A DNA stretch of 64,000 nucleotides from the NCBI GenBank assembly GCA_035289605.1, contig DATDWR010000020.1, positions 10,921 to 74,920 of the forward strand, written 5' to 3'. A program made the position numbers and the translations under genes. A model generated the notes under the pieces. That model did not search any database. It worked only from the letters and a program-made list of their open reading frames with translations, and had not been told where the DNA came from. This stretch comes from Candidatus Nanoarchaeia archaeon. GTDB lineage: Archaea; Nanobdellota; Nanobdellia; SCGC-AAA011-G17; GW2011-AR18. This document shows, one piece after another, positions 36,214 through 44,382 of the stretch. The stretch's first letter is position 1; every line of letters begins with the position of its first letter.

Positions 36214-36495
36214 ATGGTAGGAATAAAAACTTCAATTGGAGAAAAGGGCCAAGTAGTTATACCTAAGCAGTTAAGGGATGAATTTAATTTAGTTCCTGGA
36301 GAAACAGTAGAATTTGATAAAGAAGATGATAGAATAACAATAAAGAGAGCACCTAAAAAAGATTCCACTAAAATTTTTATTGAAATCAAGGAAATGATAA
36401 AGAAAAAAGGAGGATTTTCAAAAGAAGATTATAAGAAAATAAATTGGAGCAAACTATATGAAGAAGAAATAGAGGAAAGGACAATTAAAAGATGA
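36214..36495 (+). CDS. AbrB/MazE/SpoVT-type antitoxin
   Basis: GEKGQVVIPKQLRDEFNLVPGETVEFD looped-hinge-helix motif. It overlaps the next PIN gene by 4 nt. Confidence 0.75.
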   Translation: MVGIKTSIGEKGQVVIPKQLRDEFNLVPGETVEFDKEDDRITIKRAPKKDSTKIFIEIKEMIKKKGGFSKEDYKKINWSKLYEEEIEERTIKR

Positions 36496-36908
36496 CTGAA
36501 TTGTTATATCTTGATACAAATTTCTTTGTGTACCTTCTTACTCAAGAGACTGAGAATTTAGAAAAAATAAAGAAAAAATTAAATGCACAAAAAGTATATA
36601 CTTCATGTTTAACATATGATGAGTTTGTTTGGGCAGTAAGAAAATTGCTAGGAAAAGAAATTTCTATAAAATCAGCAGAATTTATACTTAATTTAGAATT
36701 TTTACATTTTGTAGATTTAAATAAAATTATCCTATCAATTTCAAAAGAGATAATAGAAAACTTGGATTTAAAACCTAGAGATAGTTTACATTATGCTACA
36801 TTACAAGTTATGAATATAAAAAATTTAATAAGTGATGATAGAGATTTCAGTAAATTAAAGAACGATATAAAGACTATAAATGTTGAGAATTTTATAAAAA
36901 ATTTATAA
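36492..36908 (+). CDS. vapC: PIN-domain toxin (VapC)
   Basis: LYLDTNFFVYLL ... RDSLHYA ... ISDDRDF. Confidence 0.75.
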   Translation: MTELLYLDTNFFVYLLTQETENLEKIKKKLNAQKVYTSCLTYDEFVWAVRKLLGKEISIKSAEFILNLEFLHFVDLNKIILSISKEIIENLDLKPRDSLHYATLQVMNIKNLISDDRDFSKLKNDIKTINVENFIKNL

Positions 36909-37457
36909 TATTTTATCTATATAATAGTTAAGAATAGTAATGCAATCTGTAGCCAAATATTTTGTCCTGCCCAAGGATATTTTCTTGCCGTGCCTCAAAA
37001 CAAAACTTTCTTCTTTCTTAGGCAAACCAACTTGGTCACCGATAACGAAAACACAGTTCTCTTTTATTTTAATATTATCAATTAATTCTCCCTTTTCTTC
37101 CAATACAAAAATCTGGTTATTTCTTGATAAAAATTTTATTAACTCTTGTAAACTTTGTTTAGATAATTCAAAACCTGGATGAGAACCACCATTAAGAACT
37201 TTCTTTAAGATTTCACCTGCAGTAAATTCATCACACCTCATATCATACAATAAATCGCCTTGGACTCTAATACAAATTGGAGGATTAGGCGGACCTGTTA
37301 GAAGCAAATAAATAACTACGTCTTTACGCAAAGCATGAGATAAGAAAAAGGCAGAGTTTAAACAATTAGCTACAATGTCCATTCTCCCTGCATCTCTTAA
37401 ATTAGTAAAATTACCATTAGTCTGGCCTTGACGTGAATACAAGATAAAAGTTTTCAT
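36903..37457 (-). CDS. trmY: SPOUT methyltransferase, TrmY-like (tRNA pseudouridine54 N1-methyltransferase family)
   Basis: The 184-aa pattern FILYSRQG...NLRDAGRMDIVANCLNSAFFLSHALRKDV matches my memory of the DUF358/TrmY family. Confidence 0.55.
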   Translation of the reverse strand: MKTFILYSRQGQTNGNFTNLRDAGRMDIVANCLNSAFFLSHALRKDVVIYLLLTGPPNPPICIRVQGDLLYDMRCDEFTAGEILKKVLNGGSHPGFELSKQSLQELIKFLSRNNQIFVLEEKGELIDNIKIKENCVFVIGDQVGLPKKEESFVLRHGKKISLGRTKYLATDCITILNYYIDKIL

Positions 37458-37459
37458 AG

Positions 37460-37729
37460 TTAAAATCTCAAATTTTCTATTTCTTTTGTTATTTTAATTA
37501 AATGTAATCTAAATTTTTTCATTAATAATAAAATAGATCCGAGAAATGTTAGAGAAAAGATAAATACTAAAACTAAATGCCATAAATTTTCATAATTTAT
37601 TTGCTTACTAAATAAAGCAATAACTAGCCCTATAAAATAGGTAAAAAGTAAGATTATACAAGTATTAAAATATTGCAAATATTTATTATAATTTAAATCC
37701 AGTAAATTCTTTCTAACTTTATCATCCAT
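37460..37729 (-). CDS. 2-TM membrane protein, paralog of 60717-60953
   Basis: LDLNYNKYLQYFNTCIILLFTYFIGLVIALFSKQINY compares with LEYNKNLQYFNTCIIIMFTYFIAVIVAFITKQIDY. The ATG at 37729 is preferred over the TTG at 37741. Confidence 0.5.
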   Translation of the reverse strand: MDDKVRKNLLDLNYNKYLQYFNTCIILLFTYFIGLVIALFSKQINYENLWHLVLVFIFSLTFLGSILLLMKKFRLHLIKITKEIENLRF

Positions 37730-37730
37730 A

Positions 37731-37898
37731 CTAATCACCAAATCCTATTGCTAATAAAATCAATCCTAAAACAATTAAGATTGAAAATAAAACTGCAAAA
37801 GCGAGTTTTTCTTGAAGAAATGAAGGTATTGCTCCCACAATCCCCAACATCAGACCTATCAATCCTGCAATAATTAAAATATTCTTTTGAACTTTCAT
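37731..37898 (-). CDS. 55-aa 2-TM peptide, paralog of 60511-60681
   Basis: Own translation: MKVQKNILIIAGLIGLMLGIVGAIPSFLQEKLAFAVLFSILIVLGLILLAIGFGD. It shares NIL..AG....LGI..AIPSF with the partner. Confidence 0.45.
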   Translation of the reverse strand: MKVQKNILIIAGLIGLMLGIVGAIPSFLQEKLAFAVLFSILIVLGLILLAIGFGD

Positions 37899-37972
37899 GA
37901 ATAAAAAATGTATATTAAAGTTTATTAATCTTGCCTATAATTTTATGTAAGATTTTCAAAAAAATAGAAAAA

Positions 37973-38112
37973 AGCCACCGGAGAGACTTGAACTCCCAAC
38001 CTGCTGATCACTTTAAGATCATTTACCAATCAAGGCATCAGATGATCAGCATACAAGTTACAGCTAATCAATAAATTGATTACCAGCTGCTCTGCCATTG
38101 AGCTACGGTGGC
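37973..38112 (-). tRNA. tRNA gene (140 nt) with ~68 nt of extra sequence in the anticodon region; possibly Thr
   Basis: Reverse complement folds as GCCACCG UA GCUC AAUGGCA GAGC A GCUGG ...(75 nt)... UCAGC AGGUU GGGAG UUCAAGU CUCUC CGGUGGC U. U73 and the GCC.CCG acceptor resemble archaeal tRNA-Thr. Candidate loops are UUGGUAA or CUUGUAU. Confidence 0.65.
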
Positions 38113-38194
38113 TTCAAAGAAAATGAATAAAGAAGCAGTTTAAAAAAGTTTCTAAGAACACCAGTAGATCGCAAAGTGCAAAAGTGGGAACTGA

Positions 38195-38716
38195 ATGGAA
38201 TATATCCTCTTTAGAAGGGCATATTCTATAAATCAGCAAAGCAATTTACATATTCTTCTCAAATCAAGAATTATTCAAGAAGCATTATACGCGCTTTCTG
38301 CAAGAACAAATTTAAAATCTTGCAAAAGAAATAACACTGAACTGCTTCTTTCAGATAGGAGTATTGTTACAGCATATGCAAGTCATTTGAATGATGTTCC
38401 AGAATGGTTTATTTCATTAATAGAACCTCCGACTACTCCTAATATGGTTATTTATTTAGACATTCCTCCCGAAGTAGGATTAAGACATATAAATGATAGA
38501 TACAGTAAATTCAAGGATGAGGACTTAGAATCACTTACTGAATTTAGATATTTATACAGGCATATAATGTTAGAAAAAAGACCAAAAAGATTAAAAAATA
38601 CTGAATTTGTTATGATTGATGCAACAAGATCGTTAGAAGAAGTTACTTTAGAAGCAACAGAGGTTATTGATAAATTTATGAGAAAAAAAAATGGAAAGAA
38701 AAAATTTATCATTTAG
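38195..38716 (+). CDS. thymidylate kinase-like protein lacking a recognisable P-loop (possibly truncated)
   Basis: LYALSARTNL...LLSDRSIVTAYASHLN...PNMVIYLDIPPEVGLRHINDR matches the middle and C-terminal Tmk patterns. No GxxGxGKT is present, and a stop lies directly upstream in frame. Confidence 0.45.
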   Translation: MEYILFRRAYSINQQSNLHILLKSRIIQEALYALSARTNLKSCKRNNTELLLSDRSIVTAYASHLNDVPEWFISLIEPPTTPNMVIYLDIPPEVGLRHINDRYSKFKDEDLESLTEFRYLYRHIMLEKRPKRLKNTEFVMIDATRSLEEVTLEATEVIDKFMRKKNGKKKFII

Positions 38717-39176
38717 AATTAATTGTGAAGGATATTTTTTAGATAATAAAGGAAATATTATTGCAAAAGAATCTAATGGCCTTGTTTTATTTCCTGGTGG
38801 AGGGATAGACGAAAATGAAGAAGTTACTGGGGCAATGATTAGAGAAACAAAAGAAGAAACTGGTGCGATTGTAAATAACATTAGGAAATTAGGTACAATA
38901 AAAATTGTTTGGGGCACAAATTGGGCTAAAACGGAAAAACAAAAATCAAGATATAACACATTTCAAGGAGATGAGATGCACTTTTTTATAGGGAACATAG
39001 AAAGTTTTGAAGAACCTCAAATTAAAGAAGAAGATTTCTGGGATGGAAATAAATTAATGAACATAAGTGAAATTATTAAAAAAATTGAGGAAAAAGCACC
39101 CTTTGATGAAGACATAAAAGAATACCGTGAAGCACAATTAAAATTTTTAAAAGAGATAGCTAAAGATGAAAAGTAA
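38691..39176 (+). CDS. Nudix hydrolase
   Basis: Nudix box GGGIDENEEVTGAMIRETKEETGA. Confidence 0.75.
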   Translation: MERKNLSFRINCEGYFLDNKGNIIAKESNGLVLFPGGGIDENEEVTGAMIRETKEETGAIVNNIRKLGTIKIVWGTNWAKTEKQKSRYNTFQGDEMHFFIGNIESFEEPQIKEEDFWDGNKLMNISEIIKKIEEKAPFDEDIKEYREAQLKFLKEIAKDEK

Positions 39177-39420
39177 ACTAGCAATTAATGGGGGAGAAAA
39201 AGCAGTCAATATCGATAGGCCGCATTATGTCTGGCCACCGATTACAGAAAGAATAAGAAAAGCGGTTTTGAGGCAATTAGAGGAAAGTATATCTATTTAT
39301 GATAGATCTGGAATTATAAAAATATTAGAAGACAAATTCGCCCAGTATCATGGGAAAAAACATGCCCTCTTAACTAACTCTGGAACTTCTGCATTACATT
39401 CAATGTATGTTGGTGCAGTA
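39166..39420 (+). pseudogene. DegT/DnrJ/EryC1-type aminotransferase, N-terminal ~85-aa fragment only
   Basis: LAINGGEKAV...WPPITERIRKAVLRQL...LEDKFAQYHGKKHALLTNSGTSALHSMYVGA, after which the frame runs into unrelated (Nudix) sequence. Confidence 0.6.
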
Positions 39421-39786
39421 ATTCAAAGAGATTCATCTGTTCTTCTATTAAAAAGACCTAAAGACGATTTTATGGGGGGATTTATGAACTTCCAAGTGGT
39501 AGAGTTGAAGATGATGAGTCACTTGACATAGCTCTTTATCGAGAAGTTGAGGAAGAAACTGGATTAAGAATAAGAGAAATAAGAGATATTTAGGTCATTT
39601 TGATTATAAGTCTAAAAGTAGGAAAAAACGAGACAATTTAATTTTGTGGTGGCTGTTGGAGAACCTCTTGAGATTAAGTTACAAGAGCATGATTATTTTG
39701 TCTGGACCGATAAAAATCAATTACAGCAATATCCAGTTACAGATAGTGTAAAACAGATATTAGACTCTCTTTTTCGAAATATTTGA
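39421..39786 (+). pseudogene. Nudix hydrolase pseudogene (three or more frame disruptions)
   Basis: Own three-frame reading pieces it together as [21 protein letters not shown] / [36 protein letters not shown] / GHFDYKSKS / QFNFVVAVGEPLEIKLQEHDYFVWTDKNQLQQYPV... Confidence 0.6.
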
Positions 39787-39969
39787 TTATTCCCCCATCT
39801 CCTTCACAGCTTCAGCAGGATCCTTTAATTTATATAATCTTTTTCTGGAGTCTTCAGGATCAAGAGTTAAATCCAGCCAGCCGAATTTTTTAAGCCTTGA
39901 GAGCACAATGCTGGTATTGGTTATCTTAAGCAAATCCTCTTTGAAATGACTGAAAATCTGCTCTTTCAA
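39787..39969 (-). CDS. winged-helix fragment-like ORF (TTG start; possibly part of a degraded gene extending to ~40139)
   Basis: LSRLKKFGWLDLTLDPEDSRKRLYKL resembles the wing of an ArsR/MarR-type wHTH. The upstream 39970-40139 region has a broken ORF starting MSVERIARYDPRNV. Confidence 0.3.
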   Translation of the reverse strand: MKEQIFSHFKEDLLKITNTSIVLSRLKKFGWLDLTLDPEDSRKRLYKLKDPAEAVKEMGE

Positions 39970-40156
39970 CCTCTATTCTGCCAACATGCACACCATAAAC
40001 TCTAGCAAATGCCACATCTAACAGCCATAAAAATAGAATCATCAGTTTCCACAACAAGCTCCCCATTTCTTAGGTGAACTCTTCCACTAGCAGCACACAC
40101 ATTTCTTGGATCATACCTTGCAATTCTTTCTACGCTCATGTTCAATCCAAAAAAAA

Positions 40157-40732
40157 TTATTCCTTCATCCCAGCAGACTTTACAAGAACAGAATTAACAG
40201 GATAAAATTTCTTAACAGCATTCTTAACTTCCCTCTGGAAATTTCCATCAATAATCTCTCTCATCAATGAAGAAAAATTAATAGTCTTAAGAGCATCTTC
40301 TATAAACTTTCTGGACTGGTTTCTTATCAATGCGTGCCTGGACTTGTAAGTCATAGCCTTAGTAGTGAATACAGGCTTAATAACAACATGAACATTATCC
40401 TTTGTTTTATATTCAAAAGAGTCCTCAAGCTTGTCCTTATTTTTCTTTGAAAGCCTCTTCTTCTGGGCTACCTGCAAAAAATAACCAACAAGATCAGCAT
40501 GCAACTGATTATTCTTGGCTTCTCTTATCTTAAATTTAACATTAAAATTCTGCCTCTTAGGATCGCCAGTCAAAGACATAAGATTGATAGTAACAGTTTT
40601 TCCTACAGCAGATTCAGCCTCATCAACATATGTCTCTCCAATCTCCTTATTATTAAACTCCCTGCCTGCAAGAATAGAAACCCATTTCTTCTTTTTCTTC
40701 AATTCCTTTGCAGTTTTAATATCCTTAGCCAT
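40157..40732 (-). CDS. rps3ae: 30S ribosomal protein S3Ae (eS1)
   Basis: KKKKKWVSILAGREFNNKEIGETYVDEAESAVGKTVTINLMSLTGD is typical of S3Ae. Confidence 0.9.
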   Translation of the reverse strand: MAKDIKTAKELKKKKKWVSILAGREFNNKEIGETYVDEAESAVGKTVTINLMSLTGDPKRQNFNVKFKIREAKNNQLHADLVGYFLQVAQKKRLSKKNKDKLEDSFEYKTKDNVHVVIKPVFTTKAMTYKSRHALIRNQSRKFIEDALKTINFSSLMREIIDGNFQREVKNAVKKFYPVNSVLVKSAGMKE

Positions 40733-40757
40733 TAAATTGAAGTGATAAAAGAAGGAT

Positions 40758-42053
40758 TTATAAAGGTTTTTGTGGACTGACCTGCTCTATTTTAACTTTT
40801 TCCAAATTTTCCATTGCAGCCACCATAAAATCATTTTCTTCAGACATATCAAAAGAGAATGAACATATTTCATTGTTTTTAGAATAAGCAATATTAAATT
40901 TTGAGAACAAGCTAGAAGAGTTCATGTCAAGAGAAGATTCAGGCATGCAGCACTTTATCTTGTTTGACGAGTAAGCCATAAGCAGCAACCTTTTTTCAGG
41001 CATAGAATTCTTGCATATCAAAAAAGCAATTTTTTCGAGCAATTCTGAATTAATACTATCCCTAAAATTAGCCATAATAAAATTTTCTCCTTTTGAAACA
41101 ACATTGTCAGCCTCTATAAAAAAAAGATTCAAAGCCCTAATAATCTCAAGCTTATAATCCTTCAAAATCTCCAAAGCCCTGTTCTTGAATTCCTTAGACC
41201 CCAAGCACTTGGCAACAGCAACAGAGGGTTTATCAAAAGCAATACATGCCTCCAAAAACTGCCTGAATTCTCCAATATCTGCCAGAGGACTGTTAGCCTC
41301 CTCACAGTTCAAAAGAAAAATATCTTCCTTTTTTATAATACCTATTTTAATTCCCAAAGTCGAAACAAGCCTTGAAATATCTTCCTCATCGAGAGACATC
41401 ATGTTGCTAAAACCTTCTTCTGCAGAACTTATCCCAAGCTCCTTTACCAGATTGATAGAATTATCTTCAGAACCTGAAACCCCAAGAATAAATGGGTCAG
41501 TAGAATATTCCAAAACCTTGTGGAACTGCCTTGTATTTGAGCCGAACAACTTAAAGCCCTGAAACTTTGAAATTAACTTAGACTCCAAAGCAGCCTTGGT
41601 TATATCATGCAAAATTTCATTATCATTACATAAAAGCGCCAAGTGAGAAACTTCAACAGAACTGTCAAGCTGCTTCGCCAAAAGATATGAAATAACTGGA
41701 AGAGGAAGATCTATCTTAATGCTTATAACTTCAGAAAGAGAAACTATAGAAGAAGAGAGAATAAACACCTTCTTTTCTATCAATTTCAATTTATCATCAT
41801 TAAATCCTACAAGGAAAACTATTTTGCATGGATCAAGATTAACCTCTTTAACAATAGAATCGTCTAAAAATTTGGCAAATGACAAGGAAAAATTAACATT
41901 CTTTTTCAGCAATGCTTTTAGCAAAATCGAAGCAGAAACAATGCCCTCAACATTCTTCTCGACTAAAATTTTTATCGGAGAATGAATTACTGTAAGTATG
42001 TTATTTGCAATAATATCTATGTCCTTCTGAAAATTACCTGATTCATTCATCAT
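40758..42053 (-). CDS. RecJ/Cdc45-like DHH-superfamily homolog with degenerate catalytic motifs
   Basis: VEKNVEGIVSASILLKAL aligns to RecJ motif I (D.DG..S) with the acidic residues replaced. No DHH tripeptide is present. It sits between S15 and S3Ae, a neighbourhood I recall for inactivated archaeal RecJ homologs. Confidence 0.45.
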   Translation of the reverse strand: MMNESGNFQKDIDIIANNILTVIHSPIKILVEKNVEGIVSASILLKALLKKNVNFSLSFAKFLDDSIVKEVNLDPCKIVFLVGFNDDKLKLIEKKVFILSSSIVSLSEVISIKIDLPLPVISYLLAKQLDSSVEVSHLALLCNDNEILHDITKAALESKLISKFQGFKLFGSNTRQFHKVLEYSTDPFILGVSGSEDNSINLVKELGISSAEEGFSNMMSLDEEDISRLVSTLGIKIGIIKKEDIFLLNCEEANSPLADIGEFRQFLEACIAFDKPSVAVAKCLGSKEFKNRALEILKDYKLEIIRALNLFFIEADNVVSKGENFIMANFRDSINSELLEKIAFLICKNSMPEKRLLLMAYSSNKIKCCMPESSLDMNSSSLFSKFNIAYSKNNEICSFSFDMSEENDFMVAAMENLEKVKIEQVSPQKPL

Positions 42054-42502
42054 TAAGCAACTTTGATCTGCTCTTTGTCATATGCCCAGCCAACAGGAAG
42101 CACCTTAGTCCTTTGATAATACCTTACTAAGTTTCTAATTTTTGAATTTGTTAGCAACAACCCTCTCCTTGTAGGCATATCCTTCTTGTTTTTTACCAAG
42201 TGCTTTGTCAATTTAATTTCCTTCTTTATCAAAAACATCAACTGTTCAGGAATTTCATGACTAAGCTTGTGATCCTTAAGTATTTTAGAAATCTTCTTCT
42301 TAGCAACTGCCTTAATGTCTGGAATGCCATACTGATCCCTCAATACCAATCCAATAACAGCTGAGCCCTTGCCCTGCTTGCTAAGCTTGACAACCAACTG
42401 CTCAACTTCCTCACTAGTATAAGTAATCCATGGCTTTGCTATATTAGTATCAGGCTTTTTAGAACCTGCCTTACCACGCTTTCCTGAATACATTCTTGCC
42501 AT
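42053..42502 (-). CDS. rps15: 30S ribosomal protein S15 (uS15/S13e)
   Basis: MARMYSGKRGKAGSKKP...LVLRDQYGIPDIK... Confidence 0.9.
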   Translation of the reverse strand: MARMYSGKRGKAGSKKPDTNIAKPWITYTSEEVEQLVVKLSKQGKGSAVIGLVLRDQYGIPDIKAVAKKKISKILKDHKLSHEIPEQLMFLIKKEIKLTKHLVKNKKDMPTRRGLLLTNSKIRNLVRYYQRTKVLPVGWAYDKEQIKVA

Positions 42503-42553
42503 TGAATTAAGGATTTTGAAAGGATTTATAAAGTTTTTTAGATTTCGAACTTC

Positions 42554-43006
42554 ATGATAAGCCAGTCAACAGACAATTTATTTGATTTAAAAGTAGACGC
42601 TCTAGCACATGGATGCAATACACAAGGGATTATGAATGCAGGTATTTCTAGAGAATTCAGAGAAAGATATCCTAAAATGTATAAAGAATATAGAGATTAC
42701 TGTAAGAGCGGAAATTTTAATGTTGGAGATGTTCATTTTTACGAAAGCAGAGAAGAAAAGCCACATGTGATAAACATAGCTGTTCAGTTTGATACTCACA
42801 CTGGTGCAATACTAGAATATATAGAAGGAGGATTGTTAAAAATTGAAGAATTATACAGAGGATGGGAGATAAAAAGTTTAGGAATTCCCCACATCGGTTG
42901 CGGTTTAGGTAATTTGAAATGGGGAGATGTAAGAGAAGTTGTGAGAAAAATATTTGGCACATCTGACTTAGAAGTTATTGTTACATCAGGAAGAAAGCCT
43001 CTCTAA
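42554..43006 (+). CDS. macro-domain protein (ADP-ribose binding/hydrolase)
   Basis: DALAHGCNTQGIMNAGISREFRERYP and IGCGLGNLKW patterns. Confidence 0.6.
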   Translation: MISQSTDNLFDLKVDALAHGCNTQGIMNAGISREFRERYPKMYKEYRDYCKSGNFNVGDVHFYESREEKPHVINIAVQFDTHTGAILEYIEGGLLKIEELYRGWEIKSLGIPHIGCGLGNLKWGDVREVVRKIFGTSDLEVIVTSGRKPL

Positions 43007-43465
43007 AGAGATCTCAATTATTTCATCAGTATATAGTCCATCCCAAATTGCAAACTTTACAGGATGCCTCTTTTCTAACTTTAACCAGACACGTTCTGCT
43101 TCTACTCTAAATGTGACTTGAAATTTTGTTTCTACACTTGTAGCTCCAGAAATATGTCTAATTTCTTGCTTTGAAATATCATAAAAACCATCCTCTAAAA
43201 AATAGATATAGTTATCTACATATCCTGGAATAAACCTCCTCAGCATCCTAACTTCGCTGGTCTTTTCTCTTGATGTAAAGTGCTGACCTGTTATTATTAC
43301 AAAGCCATCTTTTAGCTCAAAACCATTCACTTCTCTTCCGTCAATATATATCCTATTATTAATAATTTCAATAAAACACTTATTTACATTCAGTCTATTT
43401 TCACCTAGAACTTGCAATAAATGGGTATATTCCCTTCCTTTTGTTTTCGGAGGCTGCATATTCAA
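42986..43465 (-). CDS. hypothetical protein
   Basis: 159-aa ORF with no recognisable motif. Confidence 0.45.
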   Translation of the reverse strand: MNMQPPKTKGREYTHLLQVLGENRLNVNKCFIEIINNRIYIDGREVNGFELKDGFVIITGQHFTSREKTSEVRMLRRFIPGYVDNYIYFLEDGFYDISKQEIRHISGATSVETKFQVTFRVEAERVWLKLEKRHPVKFAIWDGLYTDEIIEISLERLSS

Positions 43466-43510
43466 TTATTATTTTATTGTATTTATAATAATTTTGATGT
43501 TTTATTAGAA

Positions 43511-43598
43511 TAGCCCCGCCAGGATTTGAACCTGGGTTGCAAGGTCCAGAGCCTTATGCTATAAATAATCGCATGCTTGGCCGCTACATTACAGGGCT
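43511..43598 (-). tRNA. tRNA-Gln(CUG) with 15-nt insertion between D arm and anticodon stem
   Basis: Reverse complement folds as AGCCCUG UA AUGU AGCGGCCAA GCAU G [cgattatttatagca] UAAGG CUCUGGA CCUUG CAAC CCAGG UUCAAAU CCUGG CGGGGCU A. The A1-U72 pair is typical of archaeal Gln. Confidence 0.8.
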
Positions 43599-44266
43599 AT
43601 AAATTCATTTAGTCTGTCTAAATGTTTTTTATTTGAAAATCCTATTTCACTTAAATATTTATTTATTTCATCTTGTCTTGATAATACAAAGTAGGCACCA
43701 CATATTATTTTTGATGGATGAAAACCTAATTTTATGAATGCTTCTCTAGTATCATCTAATAATTTTTTATTGAAATTCTTAAAACCTATTCTAATTAAAT
43801 TTGGATCTTTCTTAGACATCCTGAAAACTGAACCATCTGTGTCTATTAAACCCCTAATACATCTTTTTAAAAAAAAATTATTTTCTTTAATCCAAAGTGG
43901 TATTGTTACTTTATTTTTAATTTTATTTCCTGCTGGAAACCCTATACTTTCAAAAAATTCAACTAAATTTTTGCTATATACCACCACAAATCTTTCGTTC
44001 ATTTTAGGAGTCAAGATTATATTTACTTTTAAGTGAAATATCTTCTCGCAAAGTATTTTAAGAAAGTTTTCATGATAATCTTTATCTTTTATTAAATCAC
44101 CAGCAATTTTAATATGATAAGTTCTTATCTTTTTACCTTTTTTATAAGAGTTAATATTTCCATCACCTAATAAAACCCCATATATTTCTGCTAGATACTT
44201 ATTTAATTGAGGTACTTGTATCTGAATAGTATTACCATAAACACTATTTTGAAATATTTTATCCAT
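43589..44266 (-). CDS. LAGLIDADG homing endonuclease (two-motif, free-standing)
   Basis: LAEIYGVLLGDGNI and IRGLIDTDGSV motifs. Its last codons and stop overlap the first 10 nt of tRNA-Gln(CUG). Confidence 0.8.
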   Translation of the reverse strand: MDKIFQNSVYGNTIQIQVPQLNKYLAEIYGVLLGDGNINSYKKGKKIRTYHIKIAGDLIKDKDYHENFLKILCEKIFHLKVNIILTPKMNERFVVVYSKNLVEFFESIGFPAGNKIKNKVTIPLWIKENNFFLKRCIRGLIDTDGSVFRMSKKDPNLIRIGFKNFNKKLLDDTREAFIKLGFHPSKIICGAYFVLSRQDEINKYLSEIGFSNKKHLDRLNEFIAL

Positions 44267-44382
44267 ATAATATTATAAGTTTTTGAAGTTTATATGTTCT
44301 ACTAAAAAATTAAAGAATTTATAAAATTATTCAAATAAAAATAAGCTAGATATACAGATATTTGCGGTGAATAATACAACTA

